From assembly GCA_965224245.1 (NCBI GenBank), contig OZ245046.1:2144001-2208000 (forward strand): a DNA stretch of 64,000 nucleotides, given 5' to 3'. The DNA comes from Candidatus Eiseniibacteriota bacterium (GTDB lineage Bacteria > Eisenbacteria > RBG-16-71-46 > CAZAMP01). Positions 45,609-60,216 of this stretch are shown here, piece after piece (the stretch's first letter is position 1; the number at the start of each line of letters is the position of its first letter). The notes beneath the pieces were generated by a model. It saw nothing but the letters and a program-made list of their open reading frames with translations, did not search any database and was not told where the DNA came from. Made by a program: the position numbers and the translations under genes.

Positions 45609-47893
45609 GCCCCGGTGTCGTCCTCGGCGTCGAGGAACTTCGCGACGATCTTGCGCGTCATCTGCCCCATGAATCGCACCTCGCACTTCGCGCTCTCGCC
45701 GGTCCCGTCCTGCTTCAGGACGACCCCGCGGCCGTACTTCGCGTGCCACACGATTCGCCCCTCGAGGCCGGGCTGAACCCGATCGTCGTTCACGTCGATC
45801 GACGGCTCCTCGTACGTGACCGGCACCGACGCGGACGCCGGCGGGCGATGGCGCCGCACCGCGCCGTGCGCGGTGTCCGATGCGCCGGAGCCGCCCGTGA
45901 ACGGCGTGGTGCGCCGGGCGCGCTTCACCCGCGCCGAGAAGCGTCCGCTGGACAGCCCGAGCCCGAACGGGTCCTGTTTGCGCAGGAGGGTCTCGGGAAT
46001 CTCGTCCACGAAGCGCGAGGGCGTGGCCGCTTCGAACCGGTTCATCCGGCGGCGTTCGATGGCCGCACTGACGAAGGCCTGGTGCCTGGCCCGGGTGAGC
46101 GCGACGTAGAACAGTCGGCGCTCTTCCTCGACGTCCTCGGGCGAATCGAGCGACGAGCCGTGTGGAAACAGCCCCTCTTCGAGGCCCGCCACGAACACGA
46201 CGTCAAACTCGAGGCCCTTCGCGTTGTGCACGGTCATCAGGGTCAGGCAGTCCTCGCCGGGATCCCAGGCGTCCAGATCGGTGCGGAGCGCGGACTCCTC
46301 CAGGTACGCGCGGAAGCCCGGCGTCTCGGCCCGGAGCGCGAAGTGCTCGGCGCTGGAGACCAGCTCCTCGACGTGCTCGCGGCGTGAGGCCGACTCGGCC
46401 CCCTGGTCCACGAGTCCCTCCCAAAGGCCGCTCTCGCGCACGACGAACTCCAGGACCTCGTTCGCCGCGACGGTCTCGTCGAAGGCCTGGATCCGGGAGA
46501 TCAGGTCGCCGAAGCGGCGGAGCTCCTCGGCGGCCTTCCCGCTGACCGACGCGGCCACCGGCGCCTCGACGCACGCCCGGACGATGTCACCTTCGAAAGC
46601 CGCGGCCTCCCGGAGCACGCGCTCCAGCGAGACCTTGCCGATGCCGCGCCTGGGAACCCCCACCGCCCGCTCGAACGCGATCGCGTCCAGCGGATTGGCC
46701 GCGAGCTTGAGGTAGGCGATCACGTCCTTGACCTCGCGACGCTGGAAGAACGCCACTCCGCCCACGATGCGATACGGGATGCGGTGGCGCAGGCACACCT
46801 CTTCGAGCGGCCGGGACTGGGCGTTGGTGCGGTAGAGCACCGCGATGTCCCAGTACGAGACGTTCTCGTGCCGGTTGAGCTCGCGCGCCTTGCGAATGAC
46901 CTCCTCGGCCTCGCGCTCCTCATCGGGGGCGACGGTCAGGGTGACCAGATCGCCCGCCGGGTTCTCGGTCCAGAGCGTCTTGGGCTTTCGTCCCTCGTTG
47001 TGCGCCACGACCGCGTTGGCCGCGGAGAGGATGTTGCCGGTCGAGCGGTAGTTCTGCTCGAGCCGGAGCACGGTGGCGTCGGGGTACACCGACTCGAAGT
47101 CGAGGATGTTGGTGATGTCAGCGCCGCGCCATCCGTAGATGGACTGATCGTCGTCGCCCACCACGGTCAGGTTGCGGTGGTGGCTCGCCAGGGCGCTCGT
47201 GAGCTCGAACTGGACCTTGTTCGTGTCCTGGTACTCGTCCACCAGAACGTACCGGAAGCGGCGCGCGAACGCCTCCCCCACCTCGTCGACCTCGGTCAAC
47301 AGGCGGAGCGCCCGCACCAGGAGGTCGTCGAAGTCGAGCGCGCCCTTCTCTGCGAGCTCGGACTCGTACGCGGCGTACAGGTCGGCCAGGAGATCGTCCC
47401 AGCGCGTCTGGGCCGACGCGCGGAGCTCGGCCGGCGTCACCAGCGATCCCTTGGCCGACGAGATGCGCTCCAGCACCGCCCGCGGCCGGAACTCCTGATC
47501 GCTGAGGTTGTGCGCCCGGACGACGCGCTTGACCACGGTGATCGAGTCGTCGCGATCGTAGATCGAGAAGCCACGGCGGAGCCCGGCCGCCTCGGCGTGC
47601 TGCCGGAGGATGCGCACGCAGGTCGCGTGGAACGTGCCGATCCACAGGCCGGTGGTGGCGCCGCCGAGGAGCCGCGCGATGCGCTCGGCCATCTCCGAGG
47701 CCGCCTTGTTCGTGAACGTGAACGCGAGGATCGCGTGACGGGGAACGGATCGATTCTCGATGAGATGCGCGACCTTGTGCGTGAGCACCCGCGTTTTGCC
47801 GCTGCCGGCGCCAGCGAGGATCAGGAGCGGCCCCTCGGCCGTCTCCACGGCGCGGCGCTGGACGTCGTTCAGCGTGGACAGCTCGATCGTCAT
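45605..47893 (-). CDS. pcrA: UvrD/PcrA DNA helicase
   Basis: AGAGSGKT, TFTNKAA, DEYQDTN, VGDDDQSIYGWRGA, EQNYRS, HNAKGLEF, EERRLFYVALTRA; C-terminal Tudor-like domain. Confidence 0.95.
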   Translation of the reverse strand: MTIELSTLNDVQRRAVETAEGPLLILAGAGSGKTRVLTHKVAHLIENRSVPRHAILAFTFTNKAASEMAERIARLLGGATTGLWIGTFHATCVRILRQHAEAAGLRRGFSIYDRDDSITVVKRVVRAHNLSDQEFRPRAVLERISSAKGSLVTPAELRASAQTRWDDLLADLYAAYESELAEKGALDFDDLLVRALRLLTEVDEVGEAFARRFRYVLVDEYQDTNKVQFELTSALASHHRNLTVVGDDDQSIYGWRGADITNILDFESVYPDATVLRLEQNYRSTGNILSAANAVVAHNEGRKPKTLWTENPAGDLVTLTVAPDEEREAEEVIRKARELNRHENVSYWDIAVLYRTNAQSRPLEEVCLRHRIPYRIVGGVAFFQRREVKDVIAYLKLAANPLDAIAFERAVGVPRRGIGKVSLERVLREAAAFEGDIVRACVEAPVAASVSGKAAEELRRFGDLISRIQAFDETVAANEVLEFVVRESGLWEGLVDQGAESASRREHVEELVSSAEHFALRAETPGFRAYLEESALRTDLDAWDPGEDCLTLMTVHNAKGLEFDVVFVAGLEEGLFPHGSSLDSPEDVEEERRLFYVALTRARHQAFVSAAIERRRMNRFEAATPSRFVDEIPETLLRKQDPFGLGLSSGRFSARVKRARRTTPFTGGSGASDTAHGAVRRHRPPASASVPVTYEEPSIDVNDDRVQPGLEGRIVWHAKYGRGVVLKQDGTGESAKCEVRFMGQMTRKIVAKFLDAEDDTGA

Positions 47894-47980
47894 CGGGAGA
47901 ACGCTCCGGTGCGCGGGGGTCGGGACGACGGGATCGGCGACACGAGAGGGGCCGGATGGCGGGACATCAATGCTCCGGGG

Positions 47981-50900
47981 TCAGTACTCGAAGTTGAGAC
48001 GAAGATCCAGATTGTAGCGCCCGCCGACGTCGCCCGACGTCCCGACCTCTTCACGGAGGACACCGCCGGACAGCACGACGATGCGCGACAGACGCGCCTC
48101 GATCGAGAGCTCTTGATCGGGATTGCGCGAGACGCCGGTAGTATAGCCAATGGTCAGTTCGTCGCTAAGGCTTTTGACGATTCGGAACTGCCGCGCCTCC
48201 TCGCCCGTGATGACCTCGACGTAGTCGACGTACGGAAACAGATAGGCGAGGTCCTGCGTCAGGAGCTTCAGCAGAATGTCCGCGGTGGGCTCGAGTCCGC
48301 CGGCCGCGTCGCCGCTGCCCACGTAGCGACCGATGGTCAGGTACTCGATGATCTCGGACTGGCTCAGCCCCAGATCGTCGGGCTCGGTGCGGAGCTCGAT
48401 CACCGGTTCCTGGAGCGTGCCCGTCACCCTCGCGATGATCTTCGTGTTGACCGCGTCGTAGCCGCGTTCGCGGGCGTACGCGCCCCCCAGCTTCGTCTCG
48501 GCCTCGATGTCCAGCTCGGGGTTCACGCCGTCCAGCTCCAGGAAGTTGAGCTCGCCACGCGTGATGCGGAACTGGTTGCCGTACACGGTCGCGCTGCCCT
48601 CGAGCACGTGGAGCTGTCCGCCCAGACGGAGGGCCTCGGGATAGTTGCGCACCTGCAGCTCGCCATCACCCATCAGGATGTTCGTCGAGGTCCGAAGCTC
48701 GTTCGTGTTCACGTAGATGCGCCCGACCTCCACGTCGATGTCGTAGAGCGCGGGGATCTCATCGGGCGTGATCTCGCGCCGGACGGGCGTCCACTGGAAG
48801 ATCTCCGCCTGGCGAAGCTGCGCGATGCCGTCCACCCGGGGCAGGAGCCGCCCCGCGGTCAGCGAATCGGGGCTCACGTTGAGGACCCCGTCCACGAGAC
48901 CCACCATGCCGCCCTCGACGAACGAGAAGTCGGTCACGTCCACCTGGAACCGGTACTCCGAGGGCGAGCGAAAGCGCCCGGTGGCGCGCACGACGCCATC
49001 CCGGCCCGCGTAGCCCACGGCCTCGCTCACGAGGAGCCCCGAGCTGGCCAGGTTGATCGTCGCGGTCACGTCACGGATCGTCTCGGTCCGGCCGAACCAG
49101 CGGGCCTCACCCCCCGCGAGAAGGAACCGTCCCTCGGCGTCGGGCTGCCCGGGCGTGCCCTCGATCGTGCCCGATCCCGTGAGCGTCCCCTTGGCCACGA
49201 TGAGCTCCGGGAACACGAACGACAGCAGCCATGCCGGAGATTCGGCCAGATCGATCGACACGAGCATCGGGCGATCCAGGAGCGCCACACGGCCCGCGGC
49301 CAGGTCCACCGAGCAGGGCAGGAAGCCCGAGACCTGGGCGTGGCGGCCATCGGCGGTGACGTCGCAGCGGCTGATGGTCAGAAGGTTGTCGTCGTACACG
49401 CCGGCCAGCGTCGTGGCCTCGATCATCAGGTCGTCACCGACCCCGAGGGGTCCGGTGTCCAGCTCGGCGCGCATGGTCGGGTCGGACAGCGGACCGGTCA
49501 CCGACAGCCACCCCGAGGCACGGCCCGCGACGTCACGCCAGAGATCGAGCGAGCGCTCGATCACGACGATCTCTCCCTCGTCGGGCTCGGGCTCGACGAC
49601 CTCGGGCCGGACCAGGGCGCGTACCCGCCCCGGAAGACGCGTGTCCAGCCCGGTCCCCTCGATCTCGAGCGACACGCGGGTGTCCGGACGCACGAGGGCG
49701 CCGCGGGGATCGGGCGAGAAGAGCCCGCGGACCGGGCTCGACTCCGCGTGCAGCACGCCGTGACCGGCGAGCCGCCCGTCCCCGATCGTCACCGTGGCCG
49801 ACGACACGCGGAGCGAGTCGGCGGCGCCGTCCCATGCGACGCGGAGCTCGTCCAGGACGAGCTCGTCGAGCGCGACGTCACGAACCGTCGCCTCGCCGGA
49901 GAACCGCGGCGTCTCGGGATCGTCGACGTAGACCAGCGACACGTCGGCGGGCGCTCCCGACGCCCCCGGCAACGTCGGCAGGGTGACCACGTCCAGGAGC
50001 GGCACCCCCCGGGCGTCGACGTCGATCCGCGGCGATCGCCCGTCCGGCTCGGTCCGGATGCGAAGATCCACGGCCCCTCCCGCCAGCACCAGGTGCGCCG
50101 GTCCCAGCGACCAGGCCCCGTTCGAGCCGATCGCCAGCGGCGCGGGCTCCCGGAGCGACGTCGTGGCGAACGGCAGCGTCCCCTCGAACGCGAGGACCTG
50201 CCCGGACAGGCCCTCCGGCACGGCCACCAGGCGACCTCGGGCCGTGAACGTCGAGTCGCTCCGGACGAGCCGGACCGTGTGTACGTCGATCGTGTCCGAG
50301 ACGGATGCCCGCCCCTCGAGCGACTCGAACGTCCACGCGGAGAGGTGGCCCGACTCCGCCTGAAACGACAGCTCCGCATCGAAGGGCACGAGACGGCCGG
50401 CGACGTCGGGCACGACCACCCGCTCCAGACCGAGACTCCCGAACGCGAAGCCCTGGACGAGCGCCTCGCCGGCGAACGACGGGGTGAGCACGTCGCCGGT
50501 GATGGTGCCCCCGAACGTGGCATACCCCGACAGCTCGTCGGAGCGGGTGAGCGGCGCGAAGAGCGCGAGCGGCACGCGCACGCCGGCCACCGCGACGTCA
50601 CACGTGCGCTCGGGCAGGATGTCGCCCGAGGCCCGCCAGCGCGCACCCGCCTGACGCACGGCCATCGACTCGATGCGCACCGTGTCGCCCGGAATCAGGG
50701 TGAGCTCGGCTTCGAGGGAATCGAACGGCACCCCCAGGTACGTCGACGGCCCCAGCGCGGCGCGCACGTTCATCGTGGGGAACGGTGCCTCGTAGTCCAC
50801 GCCCTCCAGTCGCACGTGTCCGTTGAATCGATGCTCGTGCAGGACGACCAGCGTGTCCTGGATCGGCACGTCGGTCAGATCCACGTTCTCGATGTCGATC

Positions 50901-52020
50901 TCGGCCAGGTAGCCGAACGGGGGCTGGAGATCGATGTCCAGCGCCCCCGAGACGCGCGCACCCATCGCGTCGGCCGCCATGTCCGTGGACCAGAAGCGCT
51001 CGAGATTCACGTATCCGGAGCCGCGGAGCCGATCGATCGGGTCACCGTTCAGGACGCCCTCGAGATCCCAGGACAGCTGGGCCGCGCCGGGAACGCTGGC
51101 CACGGTCATCGTTCCCCGGAGCTGGCCCTCTCCCAGCACGTCCCCGAGCTCGACGATCTTCCACGCGTCGGCGGTCTCCACGTGACGCAGCTCGACCGAG
51201 AATCCGACGTCGAGCTCGCCGGCCACCGACACGTACCCGCGGCCCTCGAGGAGACTCTCGCCGATCTCGGCCCTCAGACCGCGGAACCGGATCCGGTCGT
51301 CGGCCAGCACCCCACGGCCGGTCAGCGTGCGCGGCTCCGCGTCGACCACCGGCACGCGGCCGCCGCTACGGGCGATGATCAGGTGGATCCCGCTCGCGTC
51401 GGTGAAGACGCGCCCGTCGAGCGCATAGCGGGACGTCAGCGAATCCACGCGACCCTCGGGGTTTCGCAGCGTCACCGTGGCCGCGGCGATGCTGAGGGAA
51501 TCGATCCCGTAGTCGCGCGGTCCCGGCCGCGAGACCGTCTTTCGCTCCGGGGCACGCCACGGCAACCGGAGTCCGCCGCCCTCGTTCTCGACCAGAGCGA
51601 CGTGGATCGAGTCGATCGCCAGCTCTCGCAGGCGAAGCTCGCCACGCAGTCCCCAGGTGACCGGGTAGCGCAGCCGGATCTCGTTGGCGGCGAGCACGGT
51701 GTCACCGCCGGCGTGCGTGAGCCGCACGTCTGCGAGGATGATCTCGTGCAGCGGGCTCCCGACGATGTCGCCGATCCGAATCGAATGCGCCTCGTCGAAC
51801 ACCTCGTCACTGAGCCTGACCGACACGTACCGCGCCAGGTACTCACTCTCGTACTTCCAGAAGAACGCGGCGAGGGCGATCGACAGGAGCAGCAGCGCCC
51901 CGAACACGATCGCCGAGAAGCGCAGGAGACGCAGGACGAAGATCAGCCCCGAGGCGCGCCGGCGTGCGGGGGGCTCGCCGACTGGATCGGCGGTCTTTTC
52001 GTCGTGGTCCGATGGCCCGG

Positions 52021-52024
<4 letters not shown>
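47981..52024 (-). CDS. tamB: TamB / AsmA-like translocation and assembly module protein
   Basis: N-terminal TM, long beta-taco-like repeats, DUF490-like C-terminus (GELNF...NPELDIEA...TGTLQEP...DLRLNFEY); TTG start overlapping the Omp85 stop. Confidence 0.85.
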
Positions 52025-54499
<2,475 letters not shown>

Positions 54500-55875
54500 C
54501 GCTCGGGGCCTCCACCGGGTCCACCTGCTGCTCGGCACGCTGTCGCTGGACGAGCTTGCGTCCGTCGTTCGCCACCGCGTACGTCATGAGCGCCAACAGG
54601 AACACCATCCCCACCCGGTAGATGGCCACGTGCACGCGCGGGGCCAGCGGCCGCCGGCTCACGCCCTCCACCAGCGCGATCGCGATGTGTCCGCCGTCGA
54701 GCACCGGGATGGGCAGGAGGTTCATCACCATCAGCGCCACGGACACGAGCATCAGCCAGCGCAGGAGGTCGGTCCGGCTCCGCTGCGCCTGCGTCGCCGA
54801 CATCTGCATGATCGCGATCGGTCCGGCCAGGTTGTCCCCGATGTTCTGGGGACGCGAGAAGATCTTGGGCAGCTGCGAGACGAAGAGGCCGGTCATGCGC
54901 ATCGCATAGTCGGTGCCGCGCGGGATGGCCTCGGCGAGCCCGAACCGCTCGACCCCGGTCTCGTAGGTGACCGGGGCGATTCCCACGCGGCCCACGCCGT
55001 CCTCGTCCGCCGGGGTCATCGCGCGCTGGAATCGCTGCCCGTCGCGCTCGTACACCACCAGGATCTCCTGGCCCGGTCGAGCGGACACGACGTCGACGAG
55101 GTCCCACCAGTCGCGAATCGGCGTGTCATCGATGCTCACGATCACGTCGCCCTCGCGAAGCCCGCCCTGGTAGGCTGGATACCCGACGGTGAGCTCGCCC
55201 ACCTCGGCCGGGATCTCGGGGACCAGCGCCTCATCGAGCGCGGACACGCGGGCCGGCGGGACGACGATGTCCTGCGTGCGGGCGTCGGACTCCACCCGCA
55301 GCGTCAGGCCCCGCTTCGCGTCCCTCGCGGCCACGACCGCCTGGCGCACGTCGTGCCAGTACGTGACCGGCTCGCCGTCCGCCGCCGTGATGCGCTCTCC
55401 CTGAACGAAGCCCAGATCGGCGATGGGGCTCGTGTCGGCGATCCGTCCCACGACGTTCGGCTGGAGCGGAAACTCGATGCCGGTGGCATAGAGCAGGATG
55501 CCGCAGACCACGGTCATCACGAGGTTGGCCAGCGGACCGGCCACCGCGATGAACGCCCGCTCGTACCATCGCCGGGAGAGGAACTCGTCGGATCGCCCGC
55601 TGCGCTCCTCCTCGATGTTGTCGCCGGCCATCTTCACGTAGCCGCCCAGAGGCAGGAGGCTCAGGCGATAGTCGGTGTCCCCGCGGCGGACTCCGTACAC
55701 GCGCGGGCCGAAGCCGAGGCTGAACACCGAGACGCGAACGCCGACGAGGCGCGCGGCCACGAAGTGCCCGAGCTCGTGCACGAACACGATGATGCCGAGC
55801 ACCATCACGCCGAGCACGATCATCTGCAGAAGTCCGGTCACGTCCATCGTCGAGTCGTCTCCGTCCCCGGGCGCG

Positions 55876-57054
55876 TCAGCGGCCCCTCCGAGTGACCGCG
55901 GCGCGCGCGTGGTCGCGAGCCCAGGCGTCGGCCTCGGCGATCGCATCGAGGTCGAGGGGCCAGCCCCGGTCGTAGTGGTCGAGCGCGTCCGAGACTACCA
56001 TCGGAATCTCCGTAAAGCGAATGCGGCCGCCGAGATACCCCTCGACGGCCACCTCGTCGGCGGCATTCAGGACCGCCGGCGCGACCCCTCCGGCCCGCAG
56101 CGATGCCTCCGCCAGCGCCAGGCACGGAAACCGCTCGCGATCGGGGGCCTCGAACGTCAGTTCGGCCGCTTCGGCCAGATCCAGCGGCGCGAACCGCCTC
56201 GGCGGCGCATCCGGCCACGACAGCACGAAGTCGATCGGGAGTCGCATGTCGGGCCGGCTCAGGTGCGCGATCTGCGAGCCGTCCGAGAGCGTCACGAGCG
56301 CGTGAACGATCGACTGGGGATGCACGACGACGTCGATGTCGTCGGGCGCCACGCCGAAGAGCCAGTGCGCCTCGATCACCTCGAGACCCTTGTTCATGAG
56401 CGTCGCGCTGTCCACGGTGATCCGGGGTCCCATGTCCCAGGTGGGATGGGCCAGCGCCGCCGCCGGATCGAGCGCGTCGACCTCGGTCAGCGAGCGCGCG
56501 CGAAACGGTCCGCCGGATGCGGTCAGGACCAGCCGGTGGACCGAGCCCGGCGGTCGACCGAGTAAACACTGGAAGAGCGAGCAGTGTTCCGAGTCGATGG
56601 GCACGATCTGAACGCCGCGATCGCGCGCCCGGGCGGTCACGATCTCCCCACCCACGACCAGCGTCTCCTTGTTCGCCAGTGCCAGGGTGCGCCTCTCGTC
56701 GATCGCGGCGAGGCTCGGACCGAGCCCGGCCGCCCCGACCACGGCGTTCACGAGCACGTCGGCTCCGGGCCATCGCGCGAGCTCCTCGACACGGTCGGCA
56801 CCGTCGAGCACGCGAACCGGGTGGTCACGGAGCCGGGCCGCGAGCGCGCGGTTGGCCTCGTCGTCGGCCAGGCACACCGCCTCGGGGCCGAGCTCGCGCG
56901 CCGCGCGCTCCAGCGCATCCACGCGACGGTGCGCCATCATGGCCACGATCTCGAAGCGGTCGGGGCGATGGCGCACGACGTCCAGCACGCTCTCGCCGAT
57001 GGACCCGGTGGCACCGCAGAGCACGATGCGCTTCGCGGGAACCGGGCCGCTCAC
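55876..57054 (-). CDS. dxr: 1-deoxy-D-xylulose-5-phosphate reductoisomerase
   Basis: GATGSIG, LANKE, PIDSEH, LTASGGPFR, HPTWDMG, NKGLEVIEA. Confidence 0.96.
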   Translation of the reverse strand: MSGPVPAKRIVLCGATGSIGESVLDVVRHRPDRFEIVAMMAHRRVDALERAARELGPEAVCLADDEANRALAARLRDHPVRVLDGADRVEELARWPGADVLVNAVVGAAGLGPSLAAIDERRTLALANKETLVVGGEIVTARARDRGVQIVPIDSEHCSLFQCLLGRPPGSVHRLVLTASGGPFRARSLTEVDALDPAAALAHPTWDMGPRITVDSATLMNKGLEVIEAHWLFGVAPDDIDVVVHPQSIVHALVTLSDGSQIAHLSRPDMRLPIDFVLSWPDAPPRRFAPLDLAEAAELTFEAPDRERFPCLALAEASLRAGGVAPAVLNAADEVAVEGYLGGRIRFTEIPMVVSDALDHYDRGWPLDLDAIAEADAWARDHARAAVTRRGR

Positions 57055-57890
57055 GGTGCGCGATCCACGACGATCCGGAACAGATAGTAAGCCGTGGGGG
57101 CGGTCAACAGCATCCCGTCGAAGCGGTCCAGCATGCCCCCGTGACCGGGGATGAGCCGCGACGTGTCCTTGATCCCGGCCTGGCGCTTGAACAGCGACTC
57201 CACGAGATCCCCCACCTGACACACGATGCCGAGGATGGCGCCGAGGAGGACGATCGTCGACCGCGAGGTCGGGAGCCCGAAGATCGCGTGAGCGAGGACC
57301 GCCGCCAGCACCGACGCGATCAGCCCCCCCGCCGCGCCCTCGAGGCTCTTGTTGGGGCTGACCATCGGCCAGGGCCGGTGCCGTCCGATCGCGCGTCCGA
57401 CGGCGTACGCCCCGGTGTCGCAGGCCCACGTCATCAGAAACACCGTCAGCACGGCGTCGGCGCCGGCCGCGCCGAGGGGCTCGGCACGCATCAGCACCAG
57501 GTGGCCCAGGAGCAGCGAGACGTACACGATTCCGAAGAGCCCGTACGCGACTCGGGCCAGCGAGGCGTCGGCTCGTCGATAGAGACCGTTCATGACCAGC
57601 AGCACGGTCGCGATGGCCAGGATGGGGCTCACGCAGTCGGCCCCGAACCGGTGCAGGGCCAGCGGGACCAGAAACGACGTCCCCACCAGGCTCGGCGTGG
57701 GCAGGGCGACGCCCGCCCGCCGGACCAGGTGCGCGTACTCCCAGGTTCCGATCGCCGCGAGCACCGCGATCAGCCCGGCGAAGACCCAGCCCCCCAGGAT
57801 CGCGGCCCCGACGAGCGTGGGCACGAACAGCACGCCGGTCGCGGTGCGGCGCGCGAGGGAGCTGGACGCCGGCGCCTGGTCGGTCGACAC
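57051..57890 (-). CDS. cdsA: Phosphatidate cytidylyltransferase
   Basis: DTGAY, SPNKSLEG, GDLVESLFKR..GIKD...IPGHGGMLDRFD. Confidence 0.95.
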   Translation of the reverse strand: MSTDQAPASSSLARRTATGVLFVPTLVGAAILGGWVFAGLIAVLAAIGTWEYAHLVRRAGVALPTPSLVGTSFLVPLALHRFGADCVSPILAIATVLLVMNGLYRRADASLARVAYGLFGIVYVSLLLGHLVLMRAEPLGAAGADAVLTVFLMTWACDTGAYAVGRAIGRHRPWPMVSPNKSLEGAAGGLIASVLAAVLAHAIFGLPTSRSTIVLLGAILGIVCQVGDLVESLFKRQAGIKDTSRLIPGHGGMLDRFDGMLLTAPTAYYLFRIVVDRAP

Positions 57891-57900
57891 GGCCAGTGCC

Positions 57901-58728
57901 TCAGTCGATCCGGCCAAATCGACGATCCCGACTCTGATAGTCGATCAGTGCCTCGTAGAAGTCGACCTCGTCGAAGTCGGGCCACAGCACGTCGGTGATG
58001 TGGATCTCGGCGTACGCGAGCTGCCACAACAGGAAGTTGGAGATGCGCTTCTCGCCGCTGGTGCGGATCAGGAGATCCGGATCGGGGAGGTCGCGCGTGT
58101 AGAGCGCGTCGGCGAGCATGCGCTCGTCCACGTCGGATGGCTGGAGCGCGCCCTCGGCCACGCGCGTGCAGAGCGCCCGGGTGGCGTCCACGAGCTCGCT
58201 CCGGCCGCTGTACGAGAGGGCCAGGTTGATCACCAGGCCGTCGTTGGAGGACAGGAACGCGATCGTCTCGTCCAGCGCGGCCCGCACGCCGGCCGGCAGG
58301 TCGTCCAGGCGTCCGATGGCCGTCAGACGCACGTTGTTGGCGTTCAGCTCGTCGCGCTCTGCCAGAAGGGTCTCTTCGAGGAATCGCATCAGCGCCCGCA
58401 CCTCGGCCCGCGGGCGATCCCAGTTCTCGGTCGAGAAGGTGTACAGCGTGACCAGCTCGAGCCCGAGCCGCACACCCGCCTCGACCACCGCGCGCACCGG
58501 GCGGCGCCCGGCGCGATGTCCGTGCAGGCGTGCCAGCCCCTGCTTCTTCGCCCAGCGCCCGTTGCCGTCCATGATGATGGCGACGTGACGCGGGAGATTG
58601 CCCGCGGCCACGATCCGCGTCGCGAGCGCCTCCGGATCGACGTCGGCGCGCGGGCCGTCGGCCCCGGCCGCCTCGGGTTCGACCGCGGAGGCGGCTTCGC
58701 GCCCGCTGTGGCCGCTTGGGAACGCCAC
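57901..58728 (-). CDS. uppS: Undecaprenyl diphosphate synthase
   Basis: HVAIIMDGNGRWA, FSTENW, DLLIRTSGEKRISNFLLWQ, RRFG. Confidence 0.96.
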   Translation of the reverse strand: MAFPSGHSGREAASAVEPEAAGADGPRADVDPEALATRIVAAGNLPRHVAIIMDGNGRWAKKQGLARLHGHRAGRRPVRAVVEAGVRLGLELVTLYTFSTENWDRPRAEVRALMRFLEETLLAERDELNANNVRLTAIGRLDDLPAGVRAALDETIAFLSSNDGLVINLALSYSGRSELVDATRALCTRVAEGALQPSDVDERMLADALYTRDLPDPDLLIRTSGEKRISNFLLWQLAYAEIHITDVLWPDFDEVDFYEALIDYQSRDRRFGRID

Positions 58729-58730
58729 GC

Positions 58731-59291
58731 TCAGATCTCCAGGATTTCGGCTTCTTTCGCCTTCAGAATCTCGTCGATGTCCTTGACGTTCGTGTCGGTC
58801 AGCTTCTGGATCTCGTCGTTGAGCCGATGCGCCTCGTCCTCGGAGACGTCCTTGTCGTTCGCCGCCTTCTTGACCTGATCGTTGGCCTCTCGACGGAGCT
58901 GACGCAGCGCCACGCGCGACTGCTCGCCGATGTGCTTGGCCTTCTTGACCAGCTCCTTGCGGCGCTCCTCGGTCAACGGCGGGATGGGGACGCGAACCAC
59001 GACGCCGTCGTCGGTGGGGTTCAGCCCGAGCCCGGCGGACTGGATGGCCTTGGACACCGCGCGGACCATGTTCTTCTCCCAGGGCTGAACCACGATCAGG
59101 CGGGCCTCGGGGACGTTGATCGACGCGACCTGCTGCACGGGCACCATCGAGCCGTAGTACTCTACCTGGACCGGATCCAGCAGCGATGCGGACGCCTTGC
59201 CGGCGCGCAGCCCCGAGAGCTCGCGCTCGAGCGCCGAGAGGGTCTTCTTCATCTTCTCCCGGGTTTCCTTTAGCACGCTGTCCGCGCTCAT
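58731..59291 (-). CDS. frr: Ribosome recycling factor
   Basis: LRAGKAS, EYYG, LGLNP, PPLTEERRKEL. Confidence 0.96.
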   Translation of the reverse strand: MSADSVLKETREKMKKTLSALERELSGLRAGKASASLLDPVQVEYYGSMVPVQQVASINVPEARLIVVQPWEKNMVRAVSKAIQSAGLGLNPTDDGVVVRVPIPPLTEERRKELVKKAKHIGEQSRVALRQLRREANDQVKKAANDKDVSEDEAHRLNDEIQKLTDTNVKDIDEILKAKEAEILEI

Positions 59292-59295
59292 CGTG

Positions 59296-60048
59296 TCACT
59301 CTCCTCCTCGGGGTGTGGACGCCATCGACTCCGCGTCCCCCACCCACGTGCAAAGGGCCTCGCCCGTCACCGCGTTGGCGAAGTTGCCCGGCTCGGTGAT
59401 CCTGAACACGACGATCGGAAGGCCGTTGTCCATGCAGAGCGCCACCGCGGTGGCGTCCATGACCTGCAGGTTGTCGTCCAGGACACGTCGGAAGCTGAGC
59501 CGATCGTATCGCGTGGCGGCCGGGTCTTCCATCGGATCGGCGCTGTAGACGCCGTCGACCTTGGTGCCCTTCAGGAGGACGTCGGCCCCCAGCTCGACCG
59601 CGCGGAGCGCCGCGGCACTGTCGGTGGTGAAGTAGGGGTTGCCGGTGCCGGCGGCCGAGATCACCACCCGGCCCTTTTCCAGATGCCGGACCGCACGCCG
59701 CCGGATGTAGGGCTCGCAGATCTGCGGCATCTCGATCGCCGACATCACCCGCGTGGGCATGCCCGCGTGCTCGAGACGATCCTGCAATGCCAGCGCGTTG
59801 ATCACCGTGCCCAGCATGCCCATGTTGTCGCCGGTCACGCGCTCGACGCCCCGGGACGTTCCGGACATGCCACGGAAGATGTTGCCCCCGCCGATGACGA
59901 TGACCACCTCGACCCCGAGTGCGTGCACCGCGGAGACGTCCGCCGCGATGGACTCGAGCACCTGGGGATCGAACCCGAATCCGCGGGAGCCGGCAAGGAT
60001 CTCGCCGGAGGCCTTGAGGACGACACGTCGATAGAGAGGTTCGGCCAC
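59296..60048 (-). CDS. pyrH: UMP kinase
   Basis: [38 protein letters not shown] before GTG. Confidence 0.96.
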   Translation of the reverse strand: MAEPLYRRVVLKASGEILAGSRGFGFDPQVLESIAADVSAVHALGVEVVIVIGGGNIFRGMSGTSRGVERVTGDNMGMLGTVINALALQDRLEHAGMPTRVMSAIEMPQICEPYIRRRAVRHLEKGRVVISAAGTGNPYFTTDSAAALRAVELGADVLLKGTKVDGVYSADPMEDPAATRYDRLSFRRVLDDNLQVMDATAVALCMDNGLPIVVFRITEPGNFANAVTGEALCTWVGDAESMASTPRGGE

Positions 60049-60216
60049 GCTGCATCTCCTCGAACGTCGAGTCGTCACGCCCGCGGGCGGCCGGTCGTCG
60101 CGTGGCCGCGCACTCACGTGGTCATGCATCGACCGGGGCTCGTGGAGGGATCCACGAACCGGCGGGCGACGTGTACACGCGACCCGGGATCGCGACGACC
60201 CCGGGCACCGAGACGA

